Positions 63,303 through 64,000 of a stretch of DNA of 64,000 bases are shown here, piece after piece. This DNA comes from Antedon mediterranea (Eukaryota; Animalia; Echinodermata), in assembly GCF_964355755.1 (NCBI RefSeq), contig NC_092676.1, positions 8,843,888 to 8,907,887 of the forward strand, written 5' to 3'. The stretch's first letter is position 1. Each line of letters begins with the position of its first letter. The position numbers and the translations under genes were made by a program. A model generated the notes under the pieces. It made no database searches and had not been told where the DNA came from. It saw only the letters and a program-made list of their open reading frames with translations.

Positions 63303-63742
63303 AATTAAAACTAGACACGGAAGTGGGTAATATACAATGATTGAACAAAGATATATATACAATAACGTAGGTAAACTGTTGATATAATAAACCAGACCCC
63401 ATAAATATTAATGTTGATATTCGTATTCTTTATTCTCCCAATCAACAATGTAAAGAACCTTGACAGGTTGATAATAAAATATACTCTTAAATCACAAAGG
63501 CAAAATTATAATAATATTATTCAAAATACATTTAGATAGGCTAACAGTTAAAAACATCTAAATAATTATTTGATAAACGACAGGAATTATACAACAACGA
63601 TGAAAGTCTACAGAAACACAATTTTTACAAACATTAACACGAGAAAATTTAACATAAATTTACAACAAATATTATGAACAGGGACATCAAAAAAACAGCG
63701 AAACGATATCACAATATTAAACTTAGAATCAAGACATTAAAA

Positions 63743-63835
63743 AGGGCGTGTGGCGCAGTGTGTTGGACGTTCGGCTACTAATCGTGAGATCGAGGTTCGC
63801 TATATAAGAATGAACTACCGTATTATTATTATTAT
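63743..63835 (+). mobile_element. Internally deleted tRNA-derived SINE
   Basis: GGGCGTGTGGCGCAGTG...GAGGTTCG head joined to an (ATT)n tail. Confidence 0.55.
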
Positions 63836-64000
63836 TTGAACAGAAAAATTAAGTCTGTGACATACAGTTTAGGCCTGCTTTTTTATTGTGACTTGAGATA
63901 ACAATTTACTTATTATCAACTTCATTGTTTTTAAATATTATTGTACGAATTGTTTTGTTCATTTAGGTATTATAGGTTTTACTGGTTTAGTAGAGTTTAC

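Overview
AT-rich eukaryotic (animal) genomic DNA with GT-AG introns; the Deu/Nin-core SINEs and the single USP16/45 pro-orthologue suggest an invertebrate, possibly an echinoderm (inference). Two convergent spliced genes occupy the left part. One is the 3' twelve exons of an uncharacterised helical (ARM/HEAT-like) protein (+, 96-6083). The other is a complete 18-coding-exon USP16/USP45-like deubiquitinase (-, 13637-25277, 928 aa by my manual splice reconstruction). Between them lie two decayed Ty3/Gypsy elements, one carrying a Penelope fragment with a hammerhead-like motif. From about 26 kb onward the window is a transposon graveyard dominated by nested Academ (TAG...CTA, 3-bp TSD) DNA transposons, including a 2.8-kb foldback derivative. 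It also holds non-autonomous Helitrons, P-like, hAT, pogo and Harbinger MITEs, LINE fragments, SINEs, a RAG1/Transib-like remnant, orphan host exons and a two-Ig-domain exon. All coordinates and alignments were read by eye; no database search was run.
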